64,000 bases of DNA from Octopus sinensis (lineage: Eukaryota), in the NCBI RefSeq assembly GCF_006345805.1, contig NC_043015.1:32736001-32800000 (forward strand), given 5' to 3'. Shown one piece after another: positions 25,110 to 36,280 of this stretch (the stretch's first letter is position 1; every line of letters starts with the position of its first letter). Both the position numbers and the translations under genes were made by a program. The notes beneath the pieces are model-generated. The model saw only the letters and a list, made by a program, of their open reading frames with translations, was not told where the DNA came from and searched no databases.

Positions 25110-25422
25110 TCGTGACACCTTGAGCAAGTGTCTTTTTCTATAACTCCGGTCGACCAAAGCCTTGTGAGGGGATTTGGTAGATTGGAAAAAGCCCTTCATA
25201 TGCAAGTGCATGTCTTTGTGTTTGTCCCCCATTACGGCTTGCCAACCGGTGTTAGTTTCTTTACGTCTACGTTACCTAGCAGATCGCAAAAGCAACTGAT
25301 GCAATAACTGTGAGGTTTAGAGAAAAGACACAATGGTGTCGATTCATTTGACTAAGAAACCCACTCGAAGTAGTGCTCCAGTCTGGTCGCAGTCCGGTGA
25401 TTGAAACAAGTAAAAGATAAAA
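25110..25422 (+). mobile_element. SINE family A, 5'-truncated and diverged
   Basis: CACCTTGAGCAAGTGTC...GACCAAAGCCTTGTGAG.GGATTTGGTAGA...GAAACAAGTAAAAGATAAAA. Confidence 0.8.
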
Positions 25423-25478
25423 TATATTTGAAAACAGACGTATATATTTGAAGCTCTACATATATATATATGTGTGTG

Positions 25479-25514
<36 letters not shown>

Positions 25515-25658
25515 GTGAGTGAATGTGTGTGTACATATATACATGCATATATATATAGTTAATCCAAACATGAAAACACAAAGAGAAAACACAACAACGC
25601 GAGGACGTGGAACAATTATATTGTTATTGGACACTCAGGAAAGAAGGAAAGAAGGAGG

Positions 25659-25693
25659 GTTTAACGTTTCGTACGGAGCTCTTCATTAGAAAC
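25659..25693 (-). ncRNA. Decayed type I hammerhead ribozyme motif
   Basis: Minus strand GTTT-CTAATGA-A-GAGC TCC GTAC-GAA-ACGT-T-AAAC: 4-bp stem I, ACGT palindromic stem III, G5A lesion, damaged stem II. Confidence 0.6.
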
Positions 25694-25764
25694 ATAGGAA
25701 GAGGAAAGATGCAAGGAAGGGATGACGGAGAAAGAAAATCGCCAACGGTACACACGCGGTCACG

Positions 25765-25980
25765 TGTCTGTGTTTGTCCCCCACAACCGTTTGACAAACG
25801 GTGTTGGTGTGTTTACGTCTCTGTAACATAGCGGTTTGGCAAAAATACAACGATAGCATAAATACCAGGCTTGAGAAAAACCGAGTACTGAGGTCGATTC
25901 ATTCGGCTTGCAATTCTTCAAGGCCATGCCCCAGCATGACCACAGCCTAATAACTGAAACGAATAAAGGAGAAATAAAAA
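25765..25980 (+). mobile_element. SINE family A 3' half
   Basis: GTGTTTGTCCCCCAC...TTTGACAAACGGTGTTGGTGTGTTTACGTC...CCCCAGCATGACCACAG. Confidence 0.8.
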
Positions 25981-26690
25981 GAAGACACTTGGATTGTTTT
26001 GAGCACTTCTGGTCTCCACTTGTTCTACGCCATGTTTTGACGTTTGTTTTTACTTAACACACCACACCACACACACACACCAACAGACAGACACACACAC
26101 ACACACACACACACCAACAGACAGACACACACACACACACACCAACAGACAGACACACACACACACACACACACACATACACACCAACAGACAGACACCA
26201 CACACACACACCACACAACACACACACACACAAACGTACATACAGTTTGTGTTACAGTAAGTGGCCATTCACGGCACACCTCAGTCGTTCAATCGGTGCA
26301 TTCAGTCAGAGAGCAATTACAAATTTGTTGCAGTCTGTGACAATAAATGTATTTGAAATTCATTCTTTTCTTTAAATGAATTTCGAGTTTATTTGCACGA
26401 AGAAGATACTCATATATCTTTTAGTCATTAGACTACGGCCATACTGCAGCACCGAACAATCTGTTTTAGTTGACTGAATTGACCTCACTGCAATTAGAAA
26501 TTTGTTGCAGTCCTATGGACAATGGCGTGTTTGAAATTCATTCTTTTCTCTCAGGAAAAAAAATACTTATTTTCTTGAAAGACTGTTACTCATCGTATCG
26601 TTTCCTTTTACCGAACTGCTAAGTTATGAGAGCGCACCAACACCGGTTGTGAAGCGGTAGTGGTGGTGGTGGACACAAACACACACAAAT

Positions 26691-26733
<43 letters not shown>

Positions 26734-26749
26734 GGTAAACAGTAAAATT

Positions 26750-27070
26750 AATTACAGACATGGACAAGAACATGAAACCCACAGAGACGACACAAGAACC
26801 ACAGGACGGGACTTCGAAGCCCTCAGTCATCATCAGTCAAGAACCACATCTTAGCAATTTCGGCTGATTAATCTTGAGATTGCTCCGATATGGCCAGCCC
26901 GCCAAGGGAAATCTAAGCCAAGCGCATTAGATCCCCTGGAAGAAAGCTTCGAATGTATACAACGAAAGGACGGAAAACGATCGAAGTACACAAACAAAAA
27001 TACAGAATACGTGACACCAATAAGAATACAAAAACGTAAAAACAATAACGGTAAAAATAAAAAATAAACA
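26750..27070. mobile_element. Family H repeat, copy 2
   Basis: Homologous to 10145-10450. Confidence 0.75.
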
Positions 27071-27235
27071 ACAGCTACATACATACACACATAATGTATA
27101 TATATACACAGACATACACACAAACTTACAGACACACATATATATACAGGTACATACATACACACATACATATATATATATACATGTATGTATGCATTAT
27201 GTATGTATATATAATATATATAATATATATATATA

Positions 27236-27386
27236 TAAAACATTATTGGTGAATTGAAGAAATGGAGCTGAACGCGCAGATGAACAGAAATCGTTTTATT
27301 TCATTCTACACGTGTAGAATGAAATAAAACGATTTCTGTTCAATCTGCGTTCAGCTCCATTTCTTCAATTCACCAATAATGTTTTA
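27236..27386. repeat. Near-perfect spacer-less palindrome (arms 76/75 bp)
   Basis: Centre CTACAC|GTGTAG at 27311/27312; arms differ only by two small indels. Confidence 0.95.
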
Positions 27387-27534
27387 ATTTCAATTATCCG
27401 CACCAACGCACGGTTGCAACGCCAGTTGGTTGTACCTCCAACCGTGCTGTTTACTGCTGTGATTTTTGCTACTAAGGTATCGGTTAAACTTTTGTTTAAT
27501 CTACTACAAGATTATTCATCTTTCTATTTCACAT

Positions 27535-27594
<60 letters not shown>

Positions 27595-27715
27595 ATATAT
27601 AGTTAAGGAAATTACGTTGCGTGAAAACACTTGTGATTAAAAAATAATTGTTCCCTTCTTGTTGACTCCAATTTTTAAATTCTCTCTCTGTGTCCTTTTC
27701 TCTCACTCTCTCTCG

Positions 27716-27822
<107 letters not shown>

Positions 27823-27859
27823 TATATATATGTGTGTGGTGTGTGTGTGTGTGTATGTT

Positions 27860-28065
27860 GTGTATTTGTGTTGTCTCCCACCCCCAACATCGCTTGACAA
27901 CCGATGCTGGTGTGTTTACGTCCCCGTAACTTAGCGGTTCGGGGCAAAATAGACCGATAGAATAAGTACTAGGCTAACAAAGAATAAGTCCTGGGGTCGA
28001 TTTGCTCGACTAAAGGGCAGTGCTCCAGCATGGTCGCAGTCAAATGACTGAAACAAGTAAAAACA
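27860..28065 (+). mobile_element. SINE family A 3' half, low divergence
   Basis: CATCGCTTGACAACCGATGCTGGTGTGTTTACGTCCCCGTAACTTAGCGGTTCGG...GACTGAAACAAGTAAAA. Confidence 0.9.
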
Positions 28066-28367
28066 ATCAAGAAGTACCGACATTTACCGATGTAAGGCGG
28101 CGCGTATCTATAAAGAGATTATAAAGAAAGGGAAAACGAGGAATAGGGAAAGGGAGGGAGTAAGAGAGAAATAGCGAGTGGGTGGGTGGAGGGAACGTCT
28201 TAAGAAAGTGGATGTCTTTTGGTGAATCCGTATCGTTGGTCGCCATCGTTCTATGTTAGACTCCAAGACACTTCTACTGTGCAAAGTATTGTCGGCAAGG
28301 TGCGCAGACACATACGAAATTCTAGCGAGGAACCATCGCACCATGTCTGGATGGAGGTACTAAATGA

Positions 28368-28400
28368 AGATCAGTAAGGTCACTGAGGTCACTGAGGTCA
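28368..28400 (+). promoter_or_regulatory. Array of AGGTCA half-sites at 9-bp period (DR3 geometry), putative
   Basis: AGATCA gta AGGTCA ctg AGGTCA ctg AGGTCA read directly; function inferred only. Confidence 0.3.
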
Positions 28401-28699
28401 AGTATTTGGGGCCAGTTTCTGTTAGATCAATTAAAAAAATGATACTGGACATGAATATGCATGTTCTTACACACACGCAAACACACACACACACATACAC
28501 ACATGCACTCACTGAACCATTCAGACGAAGACCTCGCGAACACACGCACATACCCACATAGACTTACATGTGGCACTGACACTCACAAAACACGCACACA
28601 CACACACACACACAAGTATGTACACACACCAGCGCGCGCGCACACACACACACACATACACACTGACACACTCATGCAAGTGTATACACATACCTGTTT

Positions 28700-28931
28700 C
28701 TATTTCTTTACTACCCACAAGGGGCTACACACAGAGGGAACAAACAAGGACAGACAAACGGATTAAGTCGATTATATCGACCCAGTGCGTAACTGGTACT
28801 TATTTAATCGACCCCCGAAAGGATGAAAGGTAAAGTCGACCTCGGCTTAATTTGAACTCAGAACGTAGCGGCAGGCGAAATATCGCTAAGCATTTCGCCC
28901 GGCGTGCTAACGTTTCTGCCAGCTCGCCGCC
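28700..28931 (-). mobile_element. Full-length young SINE family B (long-tail subtype)
   Basis: Near-identical reverse complement of 49434-49664. Confidence 0.92.
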
Positions 28932-29013
28932 TTATTGTATACACATACTAGAGCACACATGCTCACGCACGTATCCAAACGGTTAGTGGTTATGTTTAGC
29001 ATCTAAAGTGAAA

Positions 29014-29357
29014 CAACAAACGGAGAAAACTCCAGTTATAACAGATAAATCATAATTTTGTAAAATGAACTCATATTATGTTTAAAGATATCAGGTGAAA
29101 ACTACAAACATGTTTCAATCTTATGAGACCTCCTCAGTGATATGCATTCACCTCGATTAGATTAGAGAGAAACAGGATCTTAAAGCAACAAACGGAGAAA
29201 ACTCCAGTCATAATAGATAAATCCCATTTTTGCAAAATGAACGCAGTACTGCGTATTGTTTAAAGAGATCATATGAAAACTAGACATGTTTCAATCTTAT
29301 GGGACCTCCTCAGCGAAATACATTCACCTCGATTCGATTAGAGAGAACAGTATCTTT
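29014..29357 (-). ncRNA. Tandem dimer (172-176 nt unit), each unit with a type I hammerhead core; retrozyme-like
   Basis: Minus strand CTGAGGA-GGTCC CATA AGATT-GAA-ACATGT-C (29313-29283) and CTGAGGA-GGTCT CATA AGATT-GAA-ACATGT-T (29137-29107); both units start CAACAAACGGAGAAAACTCCAGT (29014, 29186). Confidence 0.7.
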
Positions 29358-29364
29358 AACCTTT

Positions 29365-29693
29365 TAACTTTTGTCTTTTACTTGTTTCAGTCATTAAACT
29401 GCGGCCATGCTAGGGCACCGCCTTTAAGACTTTTTAGTCGAACGTATCGACTCGAGTACTTTTTTCCTTCTTTTTTAGACTGGTACTTATTCTATCGTTT
29501 TCTTTTGCCGAAGCGTTAAGTTACGGCAGACGTAAACACGTCAGCAGTTGTCAAGCGATGGGTGGAGGGATAAACACAGACACAAAACACACACGCGTGC
29601 TTATGTGTATGTATGTATGTATGTATGTATGTATGTGTACGTATGTATGTGTTTGGATTTGGTAGACGGAAACTGAAAGAAGCTTATCGTATG

Positions 29694-29726
<33 letters not shown>

Positions 29727-29900
29727 ATAAATGCGATAAGCTTCTTTCAGTTTCCGTCTACCAAATCCACTCACACCGCTTTGGTCGGCCGAGGCTATAG
29801 TAAAAGACACTTGCCCAAGATGCCATGTTGTGGGACTGAGCCCGGAACCATGTGGTTTGGAGGCAAGCTTCTTACCACACAGCTACGCCTGTGCCTATAT
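29365..29900 (-). mobile_element. Full-length SINE family A containing an internal inverted duplication
   Basis: 3' half at 29365-29600, head at 29734-29900, inverted 36-bp copy at 29654-29689. Confidence 0.88.
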
Positions 29901-29939
29901 ATGGAAATCAATAGAAATGGGCTTTGCTGATGATATCGA

Positions 29940-30959
29940 AGTATTAGTGGTAATAGTAATAGAAGGAGTAATAGTCATGTTGTTGCTTATGATTGTGGTA
30001 GTAGTAGTAGTAGAAGTAGTGCTTGTGGTAGTGTTGGTGGTGGTAGTGGTAGATATAACGACTGCGGTGGTTATGACGGTGGAAGTTAGTCGTAGCAGTA
30101 TTGATAGTAGTATTAGTGGTATTAGTAGTCGAGGTAGCAGTAAAAGCAGCCGCGGCAGAAGTAGCTGTAGTAGTGGTGGTGGTGATGGTGGTGGTAGCGG
30201 CGGTGGTGGCGGCAGTGGTAGCTGTAAGATTAATGGTAAATGGCCAAAAATATAAAATTGAGATAAGTACTTGATGACAGTTGATAAATAACAGTACAGA
30301 GGAAGGTGGGAGAGAGAGAGAGTGAGGGCGAGAGGGAGAGGGTGAGAGAGAGAGAGAGGGGAGAAAGAGAGAGAGAAAGGTGACGGTAGCATTGATAGCT
30401 GTGGCAATTGTGATGGCGATGGTGGTGAAAGAGGTGTTGACAGTGAATGGGACAACTGTGGTGGTGGTGGTGGTGGTGGTGGCTGTGGTGGGCATGTGGT
30501 GGGAAGGTTGCAATGGTGGTGGTGGTGGTGGTGGTGAAGGGGGGGTGATGTCGGTAGTTGTTGTGACGCTTGTGATGAGCGTGGTGGTGGATGTGGTGGT
30601 GGAGGTGGTGGTGGTTGTGTTGGTGACGGAAGTAGTGGCGGTAGTGGTTTTTTTGGTGGTGGTGGTGGTGATGCGATTGCTGTGTTGGTAGTGTTGATTG
30701 TAGTGGTTGTAGTGGTGGTGGTGGTGGTGGTCAAGATAAGGACGAAGCAGTACAATGTCGTTAAGCTCATCTCATTGCTGATCGAGCTGACCTGCCTCCA
30801 AAGACATTCCAGATGCGACCACCTCATACAATGGCTATCAGAATTACAAAAATGTCGCCTTTTCCTTATTCAAAGCAATAAAGGTCGATTTGATTGCTAT
30901 TTTTAACTATTCACGTGATTGTGTGAATGTATAGCAGCAGCAGTAGTGGTAGTAGTAGT

Positions 30960-31004
<45 letters not shown>

Positions 31005-31087
31005 TAGTAGTAGTTGTAGTAGTAGTGGTGGTAGTGGTGGTAGTAGTAGTGGTGGTAGTGGTGGTAGTAGTAGTAGTGTTGTTATTG

Positions 31088-31119
<32 letters not shown>

Positions 31120-31190
31120 GGTAGTGGTGGTGGTAGTGGTAGTGGTGGTGGTGGTGGTGGTGGTGGTGGTGGTGGTGGTGGTGGTCAGGA
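29940..31190. repeat. Large cryptic trinucleotide low-complexity block (GTA/GTG/GGT/GTT) with a GA-rich insert
   Basis: Direct reading; source of the 310-aa and 189-aa poly-P/T ORFs. Confidence 0.92.
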
Positions 31191-31516
31191 TAAGAATGGT
31201 GTAAAACTGCAAGTGTAACTCCCTGTTGTTGAATGATAAACGCCTTAAGAAAACGAAGTTCAAGTGGATGCCAGAGTTATATCAATCACTTCCTGTGGGG
31301 TGGTACTGCGTCGGTACCCGAACAAACACACCAAAACACACACATACGCACACGTACGCACATTCAGGTGCTTGATCCAAAATACATACCCGTACCCATG
31401 CACCCCTGAACTGGAAACACTTAATCAATGGTAGAGATATGCACGTTGGGTGTATATATTTCAGTGAATATGTGATGTATGCATATACATATGTATATAG
31501 TACATAAATGTGTGTG

Positions 31517-31565
<49 letters not shown>

Positions 31566-31625
31566 GCCTGTCTGTGAATTCTCTTCATTTTTTTTCTTCT
31601 CTCCACCTGTTTTGTTTCCTCGTTC

Positions 31626-31661
31626 CGTTCTGCAGAAGAGCGTAGGCTCGAAACATCAAAG
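31626..31661 (+). ncRNA. Decayed hammerhead-like motif (GTAG-loop family)
   Basis: CGTT-CTGCAGA-A-GAGC GTAG GCTC-GAA-ACAT-C-AAAG. Confidence 0.5.
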
Positions 31662-31719
31662 TCATCTTCCATTTTTCCCGGGCGTTAAACTTGTTTGTTG
31701 TTCACTCAGCCCAGTTCTC

Positions 31720-31863
31720 CGAGCCGCTAGTCTACGGGAACGTAAACACACCAACATGGTTGTCGAGTGACGGTGGTGGGGGACAAACAGTGACGCACAA
31801 ATATATACATATACATACCACACCAATACATACATACATACATACATCCATACATAATATATA

Positions 31864-31899
<36 letters not shown>

Positions 31900-32056
31900 T
31901 ATATTATATATATACGACGGGGTTCTTTTAGATTCCATCTGCCAAATCCACTCACAAGGTTTTGATCTGCCCGAGGCTATAGTACAAGACACTTATCCAA
32001 GATACCACGCAGTGGGACTGAACCCCGAAACTTGTGGTTCGGAAACAAGCTTCTTG
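31720..32056 (-). mobile_element. SINE family A
   Basis: GGAACGTAAACACACCAAC...CCAAATCCACTCACAAGG...CACGCAGTGGGACTGAACCC. Confidence 0.85.
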
Positions 32057-32372
32057 TCCTGTTTCCCATTTATTTCTCTTGTTGTTTGCGCATTCAAATA
32101 ATTTGTTTTCGTATTTTATGTTGTTTACTGTCTGTGACGTCCTGCACCCATATATGCATATATAGAGAAATAAGTGAAACTGGCCAGTGGTATCTATTTG
32201 TGTATCAAAATACCACAAGAATTAGATTCTTGTTTACTGAAGTTATCTAGTCTTCCCGGAGCAATCGCTTCGAGGCAATTGTGACCATCACCAAATACAA
32301 TGACGCGATAATTTCCGGAACACACGGTTCTCAAAATCTCTCATTCCATTAATGAACAAGTTTGATTACCTA

Positions 32373-32557
32373 CGTGCTCCTCAATCGGTATTCCGCGGCA
32401 CACTTGTGTGCTACGAGACGATGCTAGGTGTTCTGCAGTGTAAACTGAATATAGTTTTTTCCCCTGTACTTTTAGTTACCATTTTTTAGTTCAGGTGTGC
32501 CACCGAATTTTGAAATGAATATAAGTACCGCAAAGGAAAAAAGGTTGCGGAGCACTG
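32373..32557. mobile_element. hAT-type MITE 1
   Basis: Left end C(A)GTGCTCCTCAATC, right end GGTTGCGGAGCACTG; internal CCGCGGCACAC and GTGTGCCACCG motifs. Confidence 0.65.
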
Positions 32558-32565
32558 GTCTAGTG

Positions 32566-32926
32566 CAGTGATTCTCAGCCGGGGCTCATATGATCCCTTG
32601 GAGTTCATGTAAGATTTTTAGTGTCCTACACAAGCAAAAGAGTAACTTGGGTTCACAATATGTTATGGGTCCATGAAAAAATTTTGTTTTAAATGTATTT
32701 ATAGCAAGAAACAACTCAGTTTCTTCCTCTGGTGTTTTTTCATGGATTAGCCAATACAACTTAATGCGTGAAAAGCAAAATAACAATTTTAGAATGTAAA
32801 AACGGAATTTTGAAAGAAGTATCTATGAAGCTAGTTTGTGAAAACGAATGGCTATGGGATTTCATCAGAATAAGATAGTAATCAAAGGAGCCCACAGTTA
32901 AAAAAAACAGTGGTTGAGGGTCACTG
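32566..32926. mobile_element. hAT-type MITE 2, 361 bp
   Basis: TIRs CAGTGATTCTCAGCC / GGTTGAGGGTCACTG; 8-bp flanks GTCTAGTG / GTTTAGGG (6/8). Confidence 0.8.
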
Positions 32927-33264
32927 GTTTAGGGAGAAGAAGACATCTGTTAACTCGTGTTTCGGCCTCAGTAAGCGTCATCAACACAACAGCTTACTTC
33001 CTTTCTTAATTCTGGCAGACGGAGATGTCTACGCATATATTAGAATGCACTTAGGGACTATGTATGATGCATAAATGAAAGAAAAATGAGCTGAGAGATA
33101 TAAATTAGAGTGGTCAGTATCATGCATTTCAAGAAGAAATTCAATTAGACGTGTATGCGATATATTCAATGACTTTCAAGATAAATTAATGATTTATTGA
33201 AGCTCTTTCTGCATCAAACAACGGTAGAACAATCACACGGTTGCAACTGAGGTCGATTATATAT

Positions 33265-33860
33265 GCATACAACATACATACATACATACACACACACATA
33301 CATACATACACACACACATACATACATACACACACACACACATACATACATACACATACATACATACATACACACACACATACATACATACATACACACA
33401 TACATACATACATACACACACATACATACATACATACATACACATACATACATACATACACATACATACATACATACATATACATACATACACACATACA
33501 TACATACATACATATATACATACATACATACATACATAAATACATACATACATACACACACACATACATACATACATACATACATGCACATATACATTCA
33601 TACATACATACACACACACATACATACATACACACACACATACATACATACATACATACATACACACACACATACATACATACACACACACATACATACA
33701 TACATACACATACATACATACATACATACACATACATACATACATACACATACATACATACATACACACATACATACATACATATACATACATACATACA
33801 CACACACATACATGCACATATATATATATATATATATATACATACATATATAAACACATA
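33265..33860. repeat. About 600-bp compound (CATA)n/(CA)n tract
   Basis: Direct reading; source of the 200-223 aa MYVC/HTYI ORFs. Confidence 0.97.
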
Positions 33861-34087
33861 TATTTACGTATACTCACACTTATATAAATATATCTAATGA
33901 ATATATGAATGTATTTGTGTGTTTATATGTATGCGTGTATGTATGCATATACTTATGCTTGTGCCTTTCCCTCCCCCACGGCTTACGTTTCCGAAAAAAT
34001 GGTACCAATAGAATAAGTACCAGACTAAAAAGAATAAACCTTCGGGGTCGATTTGTTCGACTAAGCCCTCCAAGACATGGACGCACC

Positions 34088-34244
34088 AGGCGCAGGTGTG
34101 GCTGTGTGGTAAAAAGCTTGCTTCCCAACCACATGGTTCTGGGTTCAGTTCCGCTATGTGGTACCTTGGGCAAGTGTTTTCTACTATAGCCTCGGCCGAC
34201 CAAAAGCTTGTTGGATTTGGTAGACGGAAACTGAAAGAAGCCTG

Positions 34245-34302
<58 letters not shown>

Positions 34303-34328
34303 ATAATATATATTATATATTATATATA

Positions 34329-34364
<36 letters not shown>

Positions 34365-34620
34365 TGTATGTATGTATGTATGTATGTATGTATGTATGTA
34401 TGTATGTATGTATGTATGTATGTATGTATGTATGTATATGTCTGTGTTTGTCCTCCCAGCATCGCTTGACAGCCGATGCTGTTGCGTTTATTAGAGGTTC
34501 GGCAAAGGAGACCGATAGAGTCAGTACTAAATTTACAAAGAATAAATCCTACCGTCGATTTGCTCAATTAAAGGCGCTGCTCAAGCATGGCCGCAGTCAG
34601 ATGACTGAAACAAGTACAAG
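34088..34620 (+). mobile_element. Full-length SINE family A with expanded central (TA)n(TATG)n
   Basis: Head AGGCGCAGGTGTGGCTGTGTGG, end GACTGAAACAAGTA; a 3' fragment of another A copy lies just upstream (about 33985-34065). Confidence 0.92.
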
Positions 34621-34929
34621 GGAGTTTATATAATAATAATAATAATGAATATAAGGATTATTACGAAGTAGCTTTAGCATTGTCTGTAATTCCTTTGATA
34701 TATATATATATATATATATACAGCCTCAGACAGACCTACACATGTTTCTATTACATCGATTAGTATCCGTTGCAATTGCAATCTCACCGGTGCAGTCTCT
34801 TCAGGGTCTTTACTTTAACATCCTTTGATTTAACAGTTATTTATGTATGCATGTATTTATCTATTTATGGGTGTATGTACACACACACAGACACACACAC
34901 ACACAAAGACACACACTCCTCTTTATCTA

Positions 34930-34971
<42 letters not shown>

Positions 34972-35603
34972 ACAGCACACGCACGCACATATAGGACAAA
35001 GAATGTGAGAGATTGAGATTGAGAATCTTTAGTATAAAGATATAGACAAGCTGTGGTGATGTTAAATGGCTGAATGTAAAGATATAAAACTAGCGACATA
35101 GAAAACTGTTTCAGTTGTTCATTAGAAGTGCTTTCATAGAAATATAATTAATATCATTTAATTATATCCTATAATTATAATTGAGATTGTAAAACTCACA
35201 GGAGGAGAAAAGCACTTTACTACTTATTAAGTCCGGACTACATTAAACTGGCAATAGTCAGAAGTATCTTAGGATTTACGTGTGTGTGTTTTCACAAATC
35301 GCATGCACACATACACAATCACATACACACACACACACACTACACACACACACACACTACACACACACACACACACACATACACACGCACACACATATAT
35401 ATATATATAAGAACAATCTTACTTAGAAATGGATGCGTGCGTTCCTTCAAATAATAAATTAATTGGTGTCCTGTACCCATATATGCATGTATATATACAT
35501 GTAGAGGTAGGTACGTACATATATGTATGTATATATGCATATGTTTTATTTGTTAATTTTATATATATATTATATATACACAACACAAACTTTTATTTTA
35601 TTC

Positions 35604-35809
35604 TTTTACTTGTTTCAGTCATTTGACAGCGGCTGAGCTGGAACATCGCCATTAATCGAATAAATCGACCCCAGGACTTCTTCTTCGTAAGCCTAGTACT
35701 TATTCTATCGGTTTCTTTTGTCGAACCGCTAAGTTACGGGAACGTAAACACACCAGCATTGGTTGTCAAACGATGTTGGGGGAACAAACACAGACACACA
35801 AACATATAC

Positions 35810-35854
<45 letters not shown>

Positions 35855-36017
35855 CGACTGGCTTCTTTCAGTTTCCGTCTACCAAATCCACTCCCAAGGA
35901 TTTGCTCGGCCCGAGGCTATAGTAGAAGACACTTACCCAAGGTGCCATGCAGTGGGACTGAACTCGGAACCATGTGGTTGCGAAGCAAGCTGCTTACCAC
36001 ACAGCCGCTCCCGCCCC
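35604..36017 (-). mobile_element. Full-length SINE family A
   Basis: Complete reverse-complement alignment to the 34088 copy. Confidence 0.92.
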
Positions 36018-36191
36018 TACATCACCGAGTTTAAACTGGCAAAAGTCAGAAGCGTCATAGTCAAGATTTATATAAACAGTCATACACACACACACAAACG
36101 ATGTATATGTGTATATGCATGCAGGCTTATAAACATATAAAGTATAAATACATATGTTTACGTGTGTATATGCATCTTTGCGGATCTATAC

Positions 36192-36238
<47 letters not shown>

Positions 36239-36239
36239 A

Positions 36240-36280
<41 letters not shown>

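Noticed and set aside
29895-30827. 310-aa proline/threonine-rich ORF resembling an extensin or formin-like region
   Set aside because: It lies entirely within cryptic trinucleotide low-complexity DNA, with no domain or splice support.
33186-33897. Longest ORFs (196-223 aa) and the many similar MYVC/HTYI/SIYL/poly-X ORFs across the window
   Set aside because: They are translations of (CATA)n, (CA)n, (TA)n, (TCTA)n and trinucleotide tracts, which lack stops in most frames.
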